64,000 bases of DNA, taken from an uncultured Acidobacteriota bacterium. GTDB taxonomy: Bacteria > Acidobacteriota > UBA6911. Location: positions 512,001-576,000 of the forward strand of contig CAWEJX010000020.1 of assembly GCA_963809485.1 (NCBI GenBank). The letters are read 5' to 3'. The position numbers and the translations under genes were made by a program. This document shows positions 42,493-54,351 of this stretch, piece after piece. Position 1 is the first letter of the stretch, and every line of letters starts with the position of its first letter. The notes beneath the pieces are model-generated. The model was not told the DNA's origin. It worked only from the letters and a program-made list of their open reading frames with translations, and searched no databases.

Positions 42493-43947
42493 CTATGGAT
42501 CAGAACCGGCGATTTCCCTGAAACTGATCTGCGACGCAGGAATCAGGCCTATCGCCATTCTAACCGCGTCCCTATTGGCCGTGATCCGGGAACTCCCGCC
42601 TATGGAAAGCCCCGGCACCCCGAAAGAGATTTCCTCGCCGGTACCGGAAAGATTTGCCAGAAATATTGCTCCGGTTATGCCCGGACCCGTTCCAGCAGCA
42701 GACAATCGGCCCGTACCGAGTACCATAATCAGGCCGCAATAACTGAAGGGTCCCGAATAGGACAAATCGCCTGTCACGACAAGCAGTCCTCCGCCGGAAA
42801 AACTGCCGCTAATATTCAGGTTGCCGTTCACCACGATCATCCTGGGATCCTGACCCGGAGCCTGGACCGGTTTGGCCGGATCATAGGCACCGGCATACGG
42901 GGTCATTCCTTCCATCCAGTCCTGGTCTCCGCCGTAAAAGTCATCGGCCATGCGGGGAGCTTTGTTGCGAACGAAATCCCACAGGTAACCCGGATCCAGC
43001 AGAAGACGTTCATCCGGCCCGGACAAAATCCTACCCGTTATGTCCTGAACGGACGGATTCGCCAGACCTCCCCCCGAAATCATCTTCCCTTCCCCCGCCG
43101 CGTCGCGGATAAACTGTTCCGGAAGCACCAAATCCGTCTGATTCGGGTCTATAACCCCAATGCCGGGAAACAGCCCTCCTGAAATTTCGCAGGTTTCCTC
43201 AAAATGTGCATCAATGCTGTTGCCCTCGACAACAAGCGCGGGGCCGAGATCAAAAGTTGAACGACGCCTGAACCGCGCTTCAAAGACAACCGCGGAGTTG
43301 CGTCGAAGAGACGTCTCTGTCATCTCCGATATGGTTCTGGCGATACCGATCGACCGTACAATGACCATTCCGTCACCGTCAAAAAAAGGATTGTCATCGG
43401 GGTCAAGGGCCAACTCGGAGGCTTCCCGGTTGTTATCCGCAACTTTTACAAAATAGCGGGACGTTGTTGTCGTACCTCCGCCATAAGAAGCCGTCTCGCT
43501 CTGGCTTATACCCGTCAAAGGGATCAGAACGGTACCGCTGGTCCCTTCGTAGAAGCCCGTGTTCAGGATGCCGTCATCGGAGAGTTCGGACAGATCACTC
43601 GCGGGATCGGAGATATCGAGAGAAAGGGCCAAAGAAACCGGAAGCGGATTGCGAAAGGCGAAGCTCCTGGCTTCCTCCCAGGATGCGGCGCTGACGGCAT
43701 GAGCGCCGTCCGGCCCCTTCAAAAGATCGTTGAAATCCAGGCCCCGCAGCAACGCACGAGCATGATTTAAACCCGCCAGCGCGGCATAGGTTGCCTTCAG
43801 ACGGCCTTCGTGATTATGGCTGATTTTCAAACCGGTTGTGGCCTCAAGAGTCATGTAAAGCCCGAGGAGCGAAAAGACAGACAGGGCTATCAGCGTTACC
43901 AGCAATGCAATTCCCTTTTCATCGGTGAAAATGCGAGGCTTTGACAT
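42493..43947 (-). CDS. PilX-like N-terminal domain protein (minor pilin)
   Basis: EKGIALLVTLIALSVFSLLG...ATYAALAGL. Confidence 0.7.
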   Translation of the reverse strand: MSKPRIFTDEKGIALLVTLIALSVFSLLGLYMTLEATTGLKISHNHEGRLKATYAALAGLNHARALLRGLDFNDLLKGPDGAHAVSAASWEEARSFAFRNPLPVSLALSLDISDPASDLSELSDDGILNTGFYEGTSGTVLIPLTGISQSETASYGGGTTTTSRYFVKVADNNREASELALDPDDNPFFDGDGMVIVRSIGIARTISEMTETSLRRNSAVVFEARFRRRSTFDLGPALVVEGNSIDAHFEETCEISGGLFPGIGVIDPNQTDLVLPEQFIRDAAGEGKMISGGGLANPSVQDITGRILSGPDERLLLDPGYLWDFVRNKAPRMADDFYGGDQDWMEGMTPYAGAYDPAKPVQAPGQDPRMIVVNGNLNISGSFSGGGLLVVTGDLSYSGPFSYCGLIMVLGTGRLSAAGTGPGITGAIFLANLSGTGEEISFGVPGLSIGGSSRITANRDAVRMAIGLIPASQISFREIAGSDP

Positions 43948-44230
43948 GGGAACCCAATTCACACAACTATTGTTTCGCGATCCCCGAAAATATTTCACAT
44001 TATTTCATCTATCCAATGGATTCCGCGATCTGGATGGAAACTCCGGGGACAGCTCCGGAACCGCTGGTCTGCCGATAAAGGCGCTGGCAAACGCCGACTA
44101 TGGCCGTAAGGTCCCGCAGAATTATTTATTTGCTCCGAAGGGCTTCATTCATTAACAAGGAAATCCCGGATACACAGTACGGATTGCGTGTTTTGGAGAC
44201 TTATGATAAGCATACTGCTTTGACTCCCAC

Positions 44231-45079
44231 ATGCCGCGTTCCCGTCAGTGCCCGGAGTCTGGGAAATGGAGATACGCAAAGATGCAGAATTGGCTTAGGA
44301 GGCGCTCTCTCGGATCGGAGTATCCACGCTCGGATCGATGCTTTTTCCCCTCTGGATCCTGCATGGCGTTGACTGCCGCCTCGGCGATTCTCATCCTGGT
44401 GCTTCAATCCGCCTGCATCCTGCCCTGGCGCCACAAGAAGCCCAAAGCCGCGCCTGCTCCTCCGCCGGTTGTGCAGGTGGCGTTTTTGCCCTTCAATGTG
44501 GCTGCTGCCGACAATGAACTGCGCTGGGTGGCCATGGCGGCGCCGGTCATGCTGGCGAAAGTGAGTGAACGTGCCCGGGAAATCGAGGTGATCCCTCTCT
44601 GGCAGGCGATGCCGATTGCCCTGGATGCGGCCGGCGCATCGCGCACGCTGACGGCCGATTCAGGTGCGCAGATTGCAGGCTATCTCTCGGCCAAATGGGC
44701 AACCATTGGAGAGTTCACCCGGACCAAGTATGGGGTATCCATTGTTGGGGATTTCATCCCGGCGCAGCGGACTCAAGTCCCGTTCCGCTTTATTAAAAGA
44801 GGCAGCATGGAAACGGTCGGATCCAACGTACCTGTCGCGATCAGTCAGTTCCTTCGATACGTGGCAGCCAGGCCGCTGTTGCCGGAAGTACACAAGACAC
44901 CGGATTTCCTGTCCTTGCGAACCCTGGCGGAAGCGCTTGACCGCGAATATGGCTGGTTCGTGGAAGCCCAGCCGGGGAAAGCGGATGAAATTGTATCGGA
45001 GTTGGCAAATTCGGATGAGCGGCTTGCCCGCCTGCTCTTCAGCCCGACCCTTTATCCTGCATTAGCCAAAACAAAATGA
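44231..45079 (+). CDS. Hypothetical protein, probable lipoprotein (start uncertain)
   Basis: Hydrophobic stretch ending QSAC, then VAFLPF. Confidence 0.65.
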   Translation: MPRSRQCPESGKWRYAKMQNWLRRRSLGSEYPRSDRCFFPSGSCMALTAASAILILVLQSACILPWRHKKPKAAPAPPPVVQVAFLPFNVAAADNELRWVAMAAPVMLAKVSERAREIEVIPLWQAMPIALDAAGASRTLTADSGAQIAGYLSAKWATIGEFTRTKYGVSIVGDFIPAQRTQVPFRFIKRGSMETVGSNVPVAISQFLRYVAARPLLPEVHKTPDFLSLRTLAEALDREYGWFVEAQPGKADEIVSELANSDERLARLLFSPTLYPALAKTK

Positions 45080-45313
45080 CGAATTACGAATGACGAATTA
45101 CGAATGAAACCACACTGTTGCGGAAGTGGCATGTCTCAGGCCATCAAGATTCAAGACGTTTATAGAATTCCCCCGAGTTAATCCCGTCACTCGTTTTATC
45201 CAGAATCACGAGTAAAATGCGCGAGAAGGGAAAGCGCCGCCTCCCAGCTCTTCCCTAAATCCCATCAATTAGGTCTGTTGTAATTCGTCAATCGTCATTC
45301 GTAATTCGTAATT
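45075..45313. repeat. Pair of inverted heptamer arrays (AATKACG)n ... (CGTMATT)n
   Basis: 45075-45107 and 45280-45313. Confidence 0.85.
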
Positions 45314-45638
45314 ACATTTCGACCCATTTTCCATGGCCTTCCCAAATGCGTAGAGTGAACGGGAAAGGTATGTGGTCTGCCAGTTTCCGCTTTATGGCCT
45401 CGCAGATGTTTTCAACCGAAGGATATTCGAGAAGGTCGTTCAGGGTTTTATGGTCGAAATAGCTCAAACCTTCCCTGATGTTTTTTTTGAGTATGGCGAA
45501 ATCCATGAGCATGCCTGACTTCTTCTCACCCTCGATCACGACCTCGATCTTGTAGGTATGTCCGTGAAGGGACCCGCACTTGTCATGCCCCGGCAGGAAA
45601 TGGGCACAGTCGATATAATCAATAACTCCCAATTTCAT
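45312..45638 (-). CDS. queD: 6-carboxytetrahydropterin synthase
   Basis: AHFLP..KCGSLHGHTY, DHKTLND, PSVENI. Confidence 0.9.
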   Translation of the reverse strand: MKLGVIDYIDCAHFLPGHDKCGSLHGHTYKIEVVIEGEKKSGMLMDFAILKKNIREGLSYFDHKTLNDLLEYPSVENICEAIKRKLADHIPFPFTLRIWEGHGKWVEM

Positions 45639-45860
45639 AGTATGCTCCCCAGGATAATCGCAATATTTGATTCTATCATGTTAAAGCGTGGAACGTTGAA
45701 ACGTTGAACGTTCAACGCTCCACGGCGGTTATTGACAGAGTCTGGCGGCTTTGCTAAATTGCCTGTTTGATTCAGTTTGATTGCAGGCTCGCCATTGTTT
45801 TTGCCTCGCCGGCTGCGGTTAATGCCAGACACCCGGAAGCAGGATCCAAATAGGAAGACT

Positions 45861-45945
45861 GCGAAAGTGGCGGAATTGGCAGACGCGCTGGACTTAGGAT
45901 CCAGTCCCGCAAGGGGTGGGGGTTCAACTCCCCCCTTTCGCACCA
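45861..45945 (+). tRNA. tRNA-Leu (TAG)
   Basis: GCGAAAG/CTTTCGC acceptor stem, CTGGA-CTTAGGA-TCCAG anticodon arm, long variable arm, CCA. Confidence 0.97.
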
Positions 45946-45950
45946 GACGC

Positions 45951-46088
45951 AATTACGAAATACGAATGACGAATGACGAATACAAACATACACTTCAGGC
46001 GACTGAAATAGACGGCGGAATCGACAGCAGGCGACCCCACGGCACTTTATTTTTAAATTCGGCATTCGTAATTCGTCTTTCGTCATTT
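45951..46088. repeat. Second pair of inverted (AATKACG)-type arrays between tRNA-Leu and tig
   Basis: 45951-45983 and 46063-46088. Confidence 0.8.
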
Positions 46089-46101
46089 TACAGGACAGGC
46101 G

Positions 46102-47379
46102 GTGAATAACTTGACAGTCGAAATCGTTGAAGTCAGCAGCTGCAAGAGAGATCTGGCGGTAGAAGTGACCGCGGAAGAATTCGAGCGGGAAATTGATGAG
46201 CTCGCGCGGGAATACTCCCGCAACCTCCGAGTTCCCGGATTCAGACCGGGCAAGGTGCCCCTGAACATCATCCGTCATCGATACGGTGGCGATCTGCAGA
46301 AGGAAGCCACTCAGAAAATTATTGAGCGGTCGTGGAAAAGTGCCATCGAGGAGCATAAGCTTCGCCCCCTGGCACAGCCTTCGGTAAAGGAACTGGACAA
46401 TACGTCTGGAAGCCCCCTGAAGTTCAAAATGAGCTTCGAGGTTCTTCCTGAACTGGAAGTAAAAGATTACAAGGGAGTTGCTGTTACATTGCCCGTGGCC
46501 CAGGTTACCGACGAGAATGTGGATCAGGAACTGGACAGGCTGCGCGAACAGCATGCCCAGTTTGTCCCGGTGGATGGCGCTGAAGCTCGTGACGGCCATT
46601 ACCTGACGGTAACAGTCGATGGGCAGTTCGAGGGAGAAACCAAGACAAATCATGAGGATGACGTAACGCTCGTCATTGGAAACCCTCAGACGAATGCCGA
46701 GTTTTCAGAGCGCCTGCGCGGCGCAAAGGCAGGGGAAACCAGGGTTTTCGAGGTTACCTACCCGGAGGACTCTCACAGGAAGCGTTTTGCGGGCAAAAAA
46801 GTCCAGTATGCGGTTCTTGTCAAGGACATCAAGGAAAAGCAACTGGCCGAGCTAAATGATGATTTTGCTAAAGATATTGGCTCGGAAAGCCTCGAAGCGC
46901 TCCGGGTCAAGGTGCGCGACGAATTGGTAACGCAAGCCCGGCAAAATGCCGAAAAGAAGGCGAGGGAAGAGTTGCTGGATTCAATCATACAGCGTCACTC
47001 TCTGGAAGTTCCGGAATGCTTGATCCAGGACGAGTTGGAGGCGCAGGCTCAAAGGATTGCCCGCAACCTTGCCTACCAGGGGATCGATATCAACAAGACC
47101 GCCATCGACTGGAAGAAGGTGTTCGAAGAGGAGCGACCTCGCGCCGAACAGTCTGTCCGCCGGTCGATCATCCTGGATGCGATTGCGCGTCAGGAAGAGA
47201 TAGAGATGACCAAGGAAGAAGTCGATGCGGAGTTTGAGAAGCTGGCAGAGGGGACCAGCAAATCGGCTGCAGCCTGGCGGGCTCAACTCGAAAAAGAGGA
47301 ACGGATTCAGGGTTTTGAGCAGCATCTGCGCCAGAACAAGGCGCTTGATTTCATCTATCGCAATGCTAATATAACCTAG
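46102..47379 (+). CDS. tig: Trigger factor
   Basis: PGFRPGKVP signature; tig-clpP-clpX-lon synteny. Confidence 0.96.
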   Translation: MNNLTVEIVEVSSCKRDLAVEVTAEEFEREIDELAREYSRNLRVPGFRPGKVPLNIIRHRYGGDLQKEATQKIIERSWKSAIEEHKLRPLAQPSVKELDNTSGSPLKFKMSFEVLPELEVKDYKGVAVTLPVAQVTDENVDQELDRLREQHAQFVPVDGAEARDGHYLTVTVDGQFEGETKTNHEDDVTLVIGNPQTNAEFSERLRGAKAGETRVFEVTYPEDSHRKRFAGKKVQYAVLVKDIKEKQLAELNDDFAKDIGSESLEALRVKVRDELVTQARQNAEKKAREELLDSIIQRHSLEVPECLIQDELEAQAQRIARNLAYQGIDINKTAIDWKKVFEEERPRAEQSVRRSIILDAIARQEEIEMTKEEVDAEFEKLAEGTSKSAAAWRAQLEKEERIQGFEQHLRQNKALDFIYRNANIT

Positions 47380-47391
47380 GGGTGACAAGGA

Positions 47392-47979
47392 TTGGCACTT
47401 ATACCGATGGTGGTCGAGCAGACCAACAGAGGCGAGCGCGCCTATGACATCTACTCTCGCCTCCTGAAGGATAATATTATCTTTTTGGGAACTCCGATCG
47501 ACGACAACGTGGCAAACGTCGTAACAGCCCAACTGCTTTTCCTGGAAGCCGAGGATCCGGAAAAGGACATCCATCTCTACATTAATTCGCCGGGCGGATC
47601 CATTTCAGCGGGCATGGCTATCTATGACACCATGCAGTACATCCGCCCGAACGTGTCGACCATCTGCATCGGTCAGGCTGCCAGCATGGGAGCCTTGCTG
47701 CTTGCCGCCGGCACTCCGGGAAAACGTTTTGCCCTTCCAAACTCAAGAATCCTGATCCATCAACCGTCTATGAGCGGCCTGGCGGGCCAGGCGACGGATA
47801 TCGACATCCATGCGAAGGAGATACTCAGGCTTCGGGAGTCGATGAATCAGATTCTTGCCAAGCATACCGGCCAAAACCTCGACCGGATCGAAAAGGACGT
47901 TGAGCGGGACTATATCATGAATGCCAGCCAAGCCAAGAACTATGGCATCGTGGACCTGGTTATCTCAAGAAAAGAGTAG
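47392..47979 (+). CDS. clpP: ATP-dependent Clp protease proteolytic subunit
   Basis: [26 protein letters not shown]. Confidence 0.98.
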   Translation: MALIPMVVEQTNRGERAYDIYSRLLKDNIIFLGTPIDDNVANVVTAQLLFLEAEDPEKDIHLYINSPGGSISAGMAIYDTMQYIRPNVSTICIGQAASMGALLLAAGTPGKRFALPNSRILIHQPSMSGLAGQATDIDIHAKEILRLRESMNQILAKHTGQNLDRIEKDVERDYIMNASQAKNYGIVDLVISRKE

Positions 47980-48009
47980 GGTAGCCTACCTGTACTCCGG
48001 AGGACTCCT

Positions 48010-49260
48010 TTGAGAAAAGACGACGAGAGAGATGATGTCCTAAGATGTTCGTTCTGCTCTAAGAGCCAGAACGACGTCAAAAAGCTCATTGCCGGACCCA
48101 CCGTCTACATTTGCGACGAGTGCGTCGATGTCTGCAACGAGATCATTGCTGACGACGTGGTAACCTCTCCCATCGGCGAAAAGCTTCCCAAACCTCAGGA
48201 GATCAAGGAGTTTCTCGACCTGTATGTCATCGGGCAAGAGACGACCAAGAAAAAGCTGGCTGTAGCGGTCTACAACCACTATAAACGCCTGGAAATTTCC
48301 AAGAAACGCGGCGATCTCGAACTGCAGAAAAGCAATGTGCTTCTCATAGGCCCGACAGGTACGGGGAAAACTCTTCTGGCTCAGACGCTGGCAAAAATGC
48401 TGTCGGTTCCGTTTGCGATAGTGGATGCCACCACGCTGACCGAAGCGGGTTACGTAGGCGAGGATGTGGAAAACATCATTCTCAAACTGCTTCAGAATGC
48501 CGGCGGCGACAAAGAAAAATGCCAGCAGGGGATCGTTTACATCGACGAGATCGACAAGATAGCCCGGAAGGACGAGAATCCCTCCATAACGCGCGACGTA
48601 TCGGGTGAAGGAGTGCAGCAGGCCCTGCTTAAGATACTGGAAGGGACGGTCGCCAACGTACCGCCCCAGGGGGGCCGGAAGCACCCTCATCAGGAATTCA
48701 TACAGATCGATACCACCAATATCCTGTTCCTATGCGGCGGCGCCTTCGTCGGCCTTGAAAAAGTCATCGAGCGCCGCATCGGCAAAAAGAGCATGGGCTT
48801 CCTGATCAACGAGAAGCCCTCCAAAGTGCTGAAGAATCCGAAGAAGGATATGCCTGCCAACATCCTGGAAGCCTGTGAGCCCAGAGATCTGATCAAATAC
48901 GGCCTGATACCGGAGTTCGTCGGCAGGCTGCCCGTCATCGGTTCGCTCTCGGAACTGGATCACGCGGCGCTGATAGAAATCCTCACCAAGCCGAAAAATG
49001 CTCTTGTGCGCCAATACCAGAAACTTTTTGAATTTGAAAACGTCAAACTTAAGTTCACCGATGATGCGGTCGGTGTCGTGGCCAGCCTTGCTTTGGAGCG
49101 CAAGATGGGGGCTCGAGGTTTGAAAATCATCCTCGAGGATCTTATGTTGGATGTGATGTATCAACTGCCATCGCAGAAGAAGATTAAAGAATTTATGGTT
49201 ACGCGCGAAATGGTCGAGAATAAAGACATCGCTTTCGCGCTATTGGAAAAGGCCGGTTAA
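48010..49260 (+). CDS. clpX: Clp protease ATP-binding subunit ClpX
   Basis: CSFC zinc finger, [22 protein letters not shown]. Confidence 0.98.
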   Translation: MRKDDERDDVLRCSFCSKSQNDVKKLIAGPTVYICDECVDVCNEIIADDVVTSPIGEKLPKPQEIKEFLDLYVIGQETTKKKLAVAVYNHYKRLEISKKRGDLELQKSNVLLIGPTGTGKTLLAQTLAKMLSVPFAIVDATTLTEAGYVGEDVENIILKLLQNAGGDKEKCQQGIVYIDEIDKIARKDENPSITRDVSGEGVQQALLKILEGTVANVPPQGGRKHPHQEFIQIDTTNILFLCGGAFVGLEKVIERRIGKKSMGFLINEKPSKVLKNPKKDMPANILEACEPRDLIKYGLIPEFVGRLPVIGSLSELDHAALIEILTKPKNALVRQYQKLFEFENVKLKFTDDAVGVVASLALERKMGARGLKIILEDLMLDVMYQLPSQKKIKEFMVTREMVENKDIAFALLEKAG

Positions 49261-49268
49261 CTTTAAGA

Positions 49269-51665
49269 ATGACAAACGAAATTGTGCAGAAAAAAACTGA
49301 ACGTCTTCCCATGATTCCCATACGGGATGTGGTGGTCTTCCCCCACATGATGATCCCGTTTGTGATCGGGCGGCCCACCTCAGTGCGGGCCCTGGAATTC
49401 GCCCTCGAGGGTTCCAAGAGGGTTTTCCTGGCCACGCAGATGGACGCGTCGATCGACGAGCCCAAGGCTTCGGACATCTACGCGGTGGGAACCGCGGCGA
49501 ATATCGTCCAAAGCGTCAAGCTATCCGATGGAAACATCAAGGTCCTGGTCGAAGGCGTCCAGAGGGTCCGGGCAATCCGCTATTCGAATGAGCCGGGTTT
49601 CTTCGTTGCGGACGTCGAATTGCTCGAAGACACATCGGCTTTGAGCGCGCGCACAAACCTCCTGATCAAGCGGCTGCAGACGGTTTTTGAGCAGTTTTCG
49701 AAGCTCAGCCATCACGTGAATTACGACGCGATACTGAATGCCATGAAGACGCTGGAACCCTCCAAGCTGGCGGACAATATCTGCGCGAACCTCCCGATCA
49801 GCATTGAGGAAAAGCAGCAGCTTCTGGAAACGGTCGATCTCTCCGAAAGGATCGAGAAGATCAACGAGATCATCGAGATCGAGATGGAGAAGATCAAGGT
49901 CGACCGCAACATCCAGGGGCGCGTCAAACGCCAGATGGAGAGGGCCCAAAAGGAATACTACCTCAACGAAAAGATGAAGGCGATCCAGAAGGAACTGGGA
50001 CGCAAGGACGAAAAGACCGAGCTGGACGACCTGAAAAAGCAGGTTGAAGCCGCAAAGATGCCGAAGGATGCGCACGAAAAGGCGACGAAGGAGATTCAGC
50101 GCCTCGAAATGATGCCGCCGATGTCGGCGGAATCCATCGTCTCCCGGACCTATCTCGATTGGCTTCTGGCGATGCCCTGGAACAAGAAGACGCGGGAGAT
50201 ACGCGACATCAACTGGTCCAAGAAGGTGCTCGAGGAAGACCACTACGGTCTGGAAAAAATCAAGGACCGCATCCTTGAATTCCTGGCGGTACGCAGCCTG
50301 GTCAAAAAACCGCAGGGCACCATCCTCTGCTTCGTGGGGCCTCCAGGAGTCGGCAAAACATCCCTGGGAAAATCCATAGCGCGGGCTACCGGCCGGAAAT
50401 TTATACGGCTCTCTCTCGGCGGAGTCCGGGATGAAGCGGAAATCCGAGGACATCGCAGGACCTATATAGGAGCGCTTCCCGGCCAGATTATCCAGTACAT
50501 GAAAAAGGCGGGAGCACGCAATCCTGTATTCATGCTCGATGAGGTGGATAAAATGAGCATGGATTTCCGCGGCGATCCCTCGGCAGCTCTGCTCGAAGTG
50601 CTCGATCCCGAGCAGAACCACATGTTTGTGGATCACTATCTCGACACCGAATTCGACCTGTCGATGGTGATGTTCATCGCGACCGCGAATGTCCTGTACA
50701 CCATCCCCAGGGCTCTCCAGGACCGCATGGAAGTCATCCAGCTTTCCGGCTATACCGAGAACGAAAAACTCGAAATTGCCAAGCGGTTCCTGGTCAAGAA
50801 GCAGGTGGTAGCCAACGGGCTCAAACCGAAGCAAATTCAGTTCACGGACGAGGCCCTGCTGGAGATCACCCGCAAGTACACCCGTGAATCCGGGGTTCGC
50901 AATCTTGAGCGGGAAATAGCCAATGTCTGCAGGAAAACAGCCAAAAAGATCGTAACCTCCGAATTCAAGAGCGACTCGATCACTCCCGAAGTGATAGAAA
51001 AATTGCTGGGCCGGCCCAAATTCAGGATGCAGGGGATCAGCGAAGAAAACAATCAAATCGGCCTGACGACGGGTTTGGCCTGGACGGAAGTGGGCGGGGA
51101 AGTCCTGCAGACGGAAGCCACACTGATGGAAGGCAAAGGCCAATTGACACTCACCGGAAAACTGGGCGAAGTCATGCAGGAATCGGCGCGTGCGGCGTTA
51201 TCCTTTGTACGGACACGCGCGGCCGAATTCGGCATTGGCCGGGAATTTCATCGGAAAATGGACATACATATCCATATCCCGGAGGGAGCTATTCCCAAAG
51301 ACGGGCCTTCGGCGGGAATCACCATGGCTACCACAATCGTTTCCGCACTGACAAAAATACCCGTGCGCAGAGACGTGGCGATGACGGGTGAGATTACCCT
51401 GCGTGGTAAGGTTCTCCCTATTGGCGGAGTCAAAGAAAAACTGCTGGCGGCTCACCGCGCTGGAATCAAGAATGTCATCCTTCCAAAGGAGAACGAGAAG
51501 GACCTCCAGGACCTCCCGCCGGAAATTCTGGAATCCCTCAGCGTTAGTCTTGTGGAAACCATGGATGAGGTCCTGCAGATAGCATTGGAAAGACAGCCTG
51601 TCCCGAGGCCCGTGTCTCCGATTGATCTCGAGGGATCCCGTCCGAACGAGAGTGTCGCGCACTGA
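49269..51665 (+). CDS. lon: Lon protease
   Basis: [17 protein letters not shown]. Confidence 0.98.
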   Translation: MTNEIVQKKTERLPMIPIRDVVVFPHMMIPFVIGRPTSVRALEFALEGSKRVFLATQMDASIDEPKASDIYAVGTAANIVQSVKLSDGNIKVLVEGVQRVRAIRYSNEPGFFVADVELLEDTSALSARTNLLIKRLQTVFEQFSKLSHHVNYDAILNAMKTLEPSKLADNICANLPISIEEKQQLLETVDLSERIEKINEIIEIEMEKIKVDRNIQGRVKRQMERAQKEYYLNEKMKAIQKELGRKDEKTELDDLKKQVEAAKMPKDAHEKATKEIQRLEMMPPMSAESIVSRTYLDWLLAMPWNKKTREIRDINWSKKVLEEDHYGLEKIKDRILEFLAVRSLVKKPQGTILCFVGPPGVGKTSLGKSIARATGRKFIRLSLGGVRDEAEIRGHRRTYIGALPGQIIQYMKKAGARNPVFMLDEVDKMSMDFRGDPSAALLEVLDPEQNHMFVDHYLDTEFDLSMVMFIATANVLYTIPRALQDRMEVIQLSGYTENEKLEIAKRFLVKKQVVANGLKPKQIQFTDEALLEITRKYTRESGVRNLEREIANVCRKTAKKIVTSEFKSDSITPEVIEKLLGRPKFRMQGISEENNQIGLTTGLAWTEVGGEVLQTEATLMEGKGQLTLTGKLGEVMQESARAALSFVRTRAAEFGIGREFHRKMDIHIHIPEGAIPKDGPSAGITMATTIVSALTKIPVRRDVAMTGEITLRGKVLPIGGVKEKLLAAHRAGIKNVILPKENEKDLQDLPPEILESLSVSLVETMDEVLQIALERQPVPRPVSPIDLEGSRPNESVAH

Positions 51666-51685
51666 AGCCAAACCGCAAAACCCCG

Positions 51686-52261
51686 GTGATCCAAGCTGAA
51701 TTTATCATGAGCGCCGTTTCCGGCAGCAATTTCCCTCGAGAGGGGATTCCCGAGATCGTGTTTGCGGGGCGGTCCAACGTCGGAAAGTCGAGCCTGATCA
51801 ACCGGCTGGTCGGCAATGAGAAGCTTGCCCGTACCAGTTCCACACCGGGCAAGACTCAGAGCATAAATTTTTACCGGATCAACCGGTCTTTCATGTTTGT
51901 TGATTTGCCGGGTTATGGATATGCGAAAGCGCCAAAGGCGGAGATCCGGCAGTGGAAGCAGCTTGTCGATCGGTATTTTGAGGAACGGCCGGCAGTTGTC
52001 CTGGCCGTTCAGCTTGTCGATGCAAGAATGCCGCCTACGAGGCTGGATCTGCAGCTTTCCGGATGGATTGAGAGGCTGGAAATACCTCGCATGATCGTTG
52101 CTACAAAATCCGACAAACTGTCCGGCAACCAGAAAGCCATACAGATGCGCCTCATCTCCGGTTCGCTGAGCGGACAGCCGGTAACTATGTCTTCGGCCAA
52201 AACCGGGGCTGGCTGCAGAGAGATATGGGAACGGGTGCTGAAGGCGGCTGCGGTGGGTTGA
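51686..52261 (+). CDS. engB: GTPase YihA/YsxC
   Basis: GRSNVGKSS, DLPGYG, TKSDK. Confidence 0.95.
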   Translation: MIQAEFIMSAVSGSNFPREGIPEIVFAGRSNVGKSSLINRLVGNEKLARTSSTPGKTQSINFYRINRSFMFVDLPGYGYAKAPKAEIRQWKQLVDRYFEERPAVVLAVQLVDARMPPTRLDLQLSGWIERLEIPRMIVATKSDKLSGNQKAIQMRLISGSLSGQPVTMSSAKTGAGCREIWERVLKAAAVG

Positions 52262-52486
52262 CCCCGAATGAGGGATGAATGAAAGGTGCCCGGGAAAAGC
52301 CGCGGATGCCATAAAAAGAATACACAAATTATGCCATGTTCCGGCAAAAGAGAACTCTGAACGTGCAGCTCCTTTTTCAAACCAGCAAAGGTGATTTACT
52401 TCCGGTTTTTGGCGCAGGCAACCTCTGTTTGAAATTTGGAATAGCGTTTTAACCTACCTTTATACTCCCCCTGGAGAGAATCATTC

Positions 52487-53788
52487 ATGCCTGAAACGAC
52501 GCAACGTCGCAATTCCAACGGCCGCGAAAACGGCCATCTGAACATTCTTGAACTCAAGGAGATGAATATCTCCGCCCTGACGCAGGTTGCCAAGGATTTA
52601 AATGTCCCGGGCTACACGGGAATGCGCAAACAGGAGCTGATATTTCAAATCCTGAGGGCGCAGACCGAGCAAAGCGGCCTGATCTTTTCCGAAGGGGTTC
52701 TGGAGTGCCTGCCCGAAGGCTTCGGTTTCCTCAGGGCGCCCGACTACAACTATCTGCCGGGGCCGGATGACATCTATGTCTCCCCGTCGCAGATCCGCAA
52801 GTTCGACCTGAGAACCGGGGATACCGTCTCGGGGCAGATTCGCCCGCCCAAGGACGGAGAACGGTACTTTGCACTGATCAAGGTCGAGGCGGTGAATTTC
52901 GAGCACCCGGATGCGGCCAAGGACAAGATCTTCTTCGACAACCTGACGCCCCTCTACCCCCATGAGCACCTGAAACTGGAGACGGTGCCGGACAACCTTT
53001 CCGGAAGAGTGATGGATATGCTCGCGCCCATTGGCAAAGGGCAGCGCGGCCTGATCGTATCTCCGCCCAGGACGGGGAAGACGATGCTGCTGCAGTCGAT
53101 CGCCAACTCCATCTCCAAAAATCATCCGGAGGTCGTTCTCATTGTCCTGTTGATCGACGAGCGCCCTGAAGAAGTGACCGACATGCAGCGCTCCGTCAAA
53201 GGCGAAGTGATCAGTTCCACTTTCGACGAGCCCGCCTCGCGTCACGTTCAGGTTGCCGAGATGGTGCTGGAAAAGGCGAAGAGGTTCGTGGAGCACAAGC
53301 GGGATGTCGTGATACTGCTGGACAGCATTACACGCCTGGCCCGCGCCTACAATACGATCGTGCCCCCGAGCGGCAAGGTCCTCTCCGGCGGTGTCGACAG
53401 CAATGCGCTGCAGAGGCCGAAGCGCTTTTTCGGAGCCGCCCGAAACATCGAGGAGGGCGGAAGCCTGACCATCATCGCGACGGCGCTGATCGACACCGGC
53501 AGCCGGATGGATGATGTCATTTTCGAAGAGTTCAAAGGCACCGGCAATATGGAGCTTCACCTGGACCGCAAACTGGTCGACCGGCGCGTCTTCCCCGCGA
53601 TTGATATCAACAAGTCCGGGACGCGCAAAGAAGAATTGCTCATTCCGCAGGCCGATCTGAACCGCATATGGGTATTGCGAAAGGTGCTGACGCCGCTGTC
53701 CATCACCGAAAGCATGGAACTGCTGCTTGACAAGCTCTCCAAGGCAAGAACCAACGGCGATTTCCTCGGTTCCCTGTCCGGAGGATAA
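52487..53788 (+). CDS. rho: Transcription termination factor Rho
   Basis: [24 protein letters not shown]. Confidence 0.98.
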   Translation: MPETTQRRNSNGRENGHLNILELKEMNISALTQVAKDLNVPGYTGMRKQELIFQILRAQTEQSGLIFSEGVLECLPEGFGFLRAPDYNYLPGPDDIYVSPSQIRKFDLRTGDTVSGQIRPPKDGERYFALIKVEAVNFEHPDAAKDKIFFDNLTPLYPHEHLKLETVPDNLSGRVMDMLAPIGKGQRGLIVSPPRTGKTMLLQSIANSISKNHPEVVLIVLLIDERPEEVTDMQRSVKGEVISSTFDEPASRHVQVAEMVLEKAKRFVEHKRDVVILLDSITRLARAYNTIVPPSGKVLSGGVDSNALQRPKRFFGAARNIEEGGSLTIIATALIDTGSRMDDVIFEEFKGTGNMELHLDRKLVDRRVFPAIDINKSGTRKEELLIPQADLNRIWVLRKVLTPLSITESMELLLDKLSKARTNGDFLGSLSGG

Positions 53789-53814
53789 GAAAGCCGCAGA
53801 TTTCGTCGATGTCA

Positions 53815-54092
53815 ACTTCGTCCGGCAGAGCCGGAGGCTTGATTGTTTGCCGCTCAAAGCGGCTGGATGAACGGCACTGCCTCCAAGCGCTGACAAATGC
53901 TTGCAAGAGCCAATGAGACGCTTCCGATGCCTGAAGAGGAAACGTCTCATTGGCTCTTGCAGGACGGACGTTTCCTTTGTGATCAGCCTTCATAAGAGTT
54001 TTGTCAGTGTGGGTCAGCGTTCAATGACCCTGGAACTGCCAAACTTTGTGAGTACCCCATTAAAGCTCCGGGGGACTCCCGGTTTATGTATT
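53815..54092. mobile_element. Diverged IS200/IS605-like miniature element, copy 2
   Basis: CCGGCAGAGCCGGAGGCTTGA...CCGCTCAAAGCGG...GTCAGCGTT...AAACTTTGTGAGTACCCC; internal hairpin 53900-53961. Confidence 0.65.
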
Positions 54093-54351
54093 TCCGAAGC
54101 GTTCCCCGCTCCGGTCATGGGCTGCGACCTGCGGGGCTGCGGCCTCGAGTCTTCCGGGCGCGTATTCATGCCTGCCCTCAACCGCCCTGCCGCGGGAATC
54201 TGTTAAGGACCCGGAGCTCAGGATTTGCCTCCGCCGAAGATTTCCCTTGCTCTGCCGATCTCTCCCGATATAGAAATTTGCGGCGGAAGCAATTTTACTC
54301 ATACTGAATCAGTTGAACCATTCGCGCAATTGCCCGAGAAGGAGGAGGGAT

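Noticed and set aside
45180-45225. Peptide NPVTRFIQNHE between heptamer arrays as a Y1-transposase remnant
   Set aside because: Too short to distinguish from chance
49521-53950. Long antisense ORFs (540 aa, 291 aa, 450 aa) opposite lon, engB and rho
   Set aside because: Typical antisense shadows of GC-rich conserved genes, with no motifs
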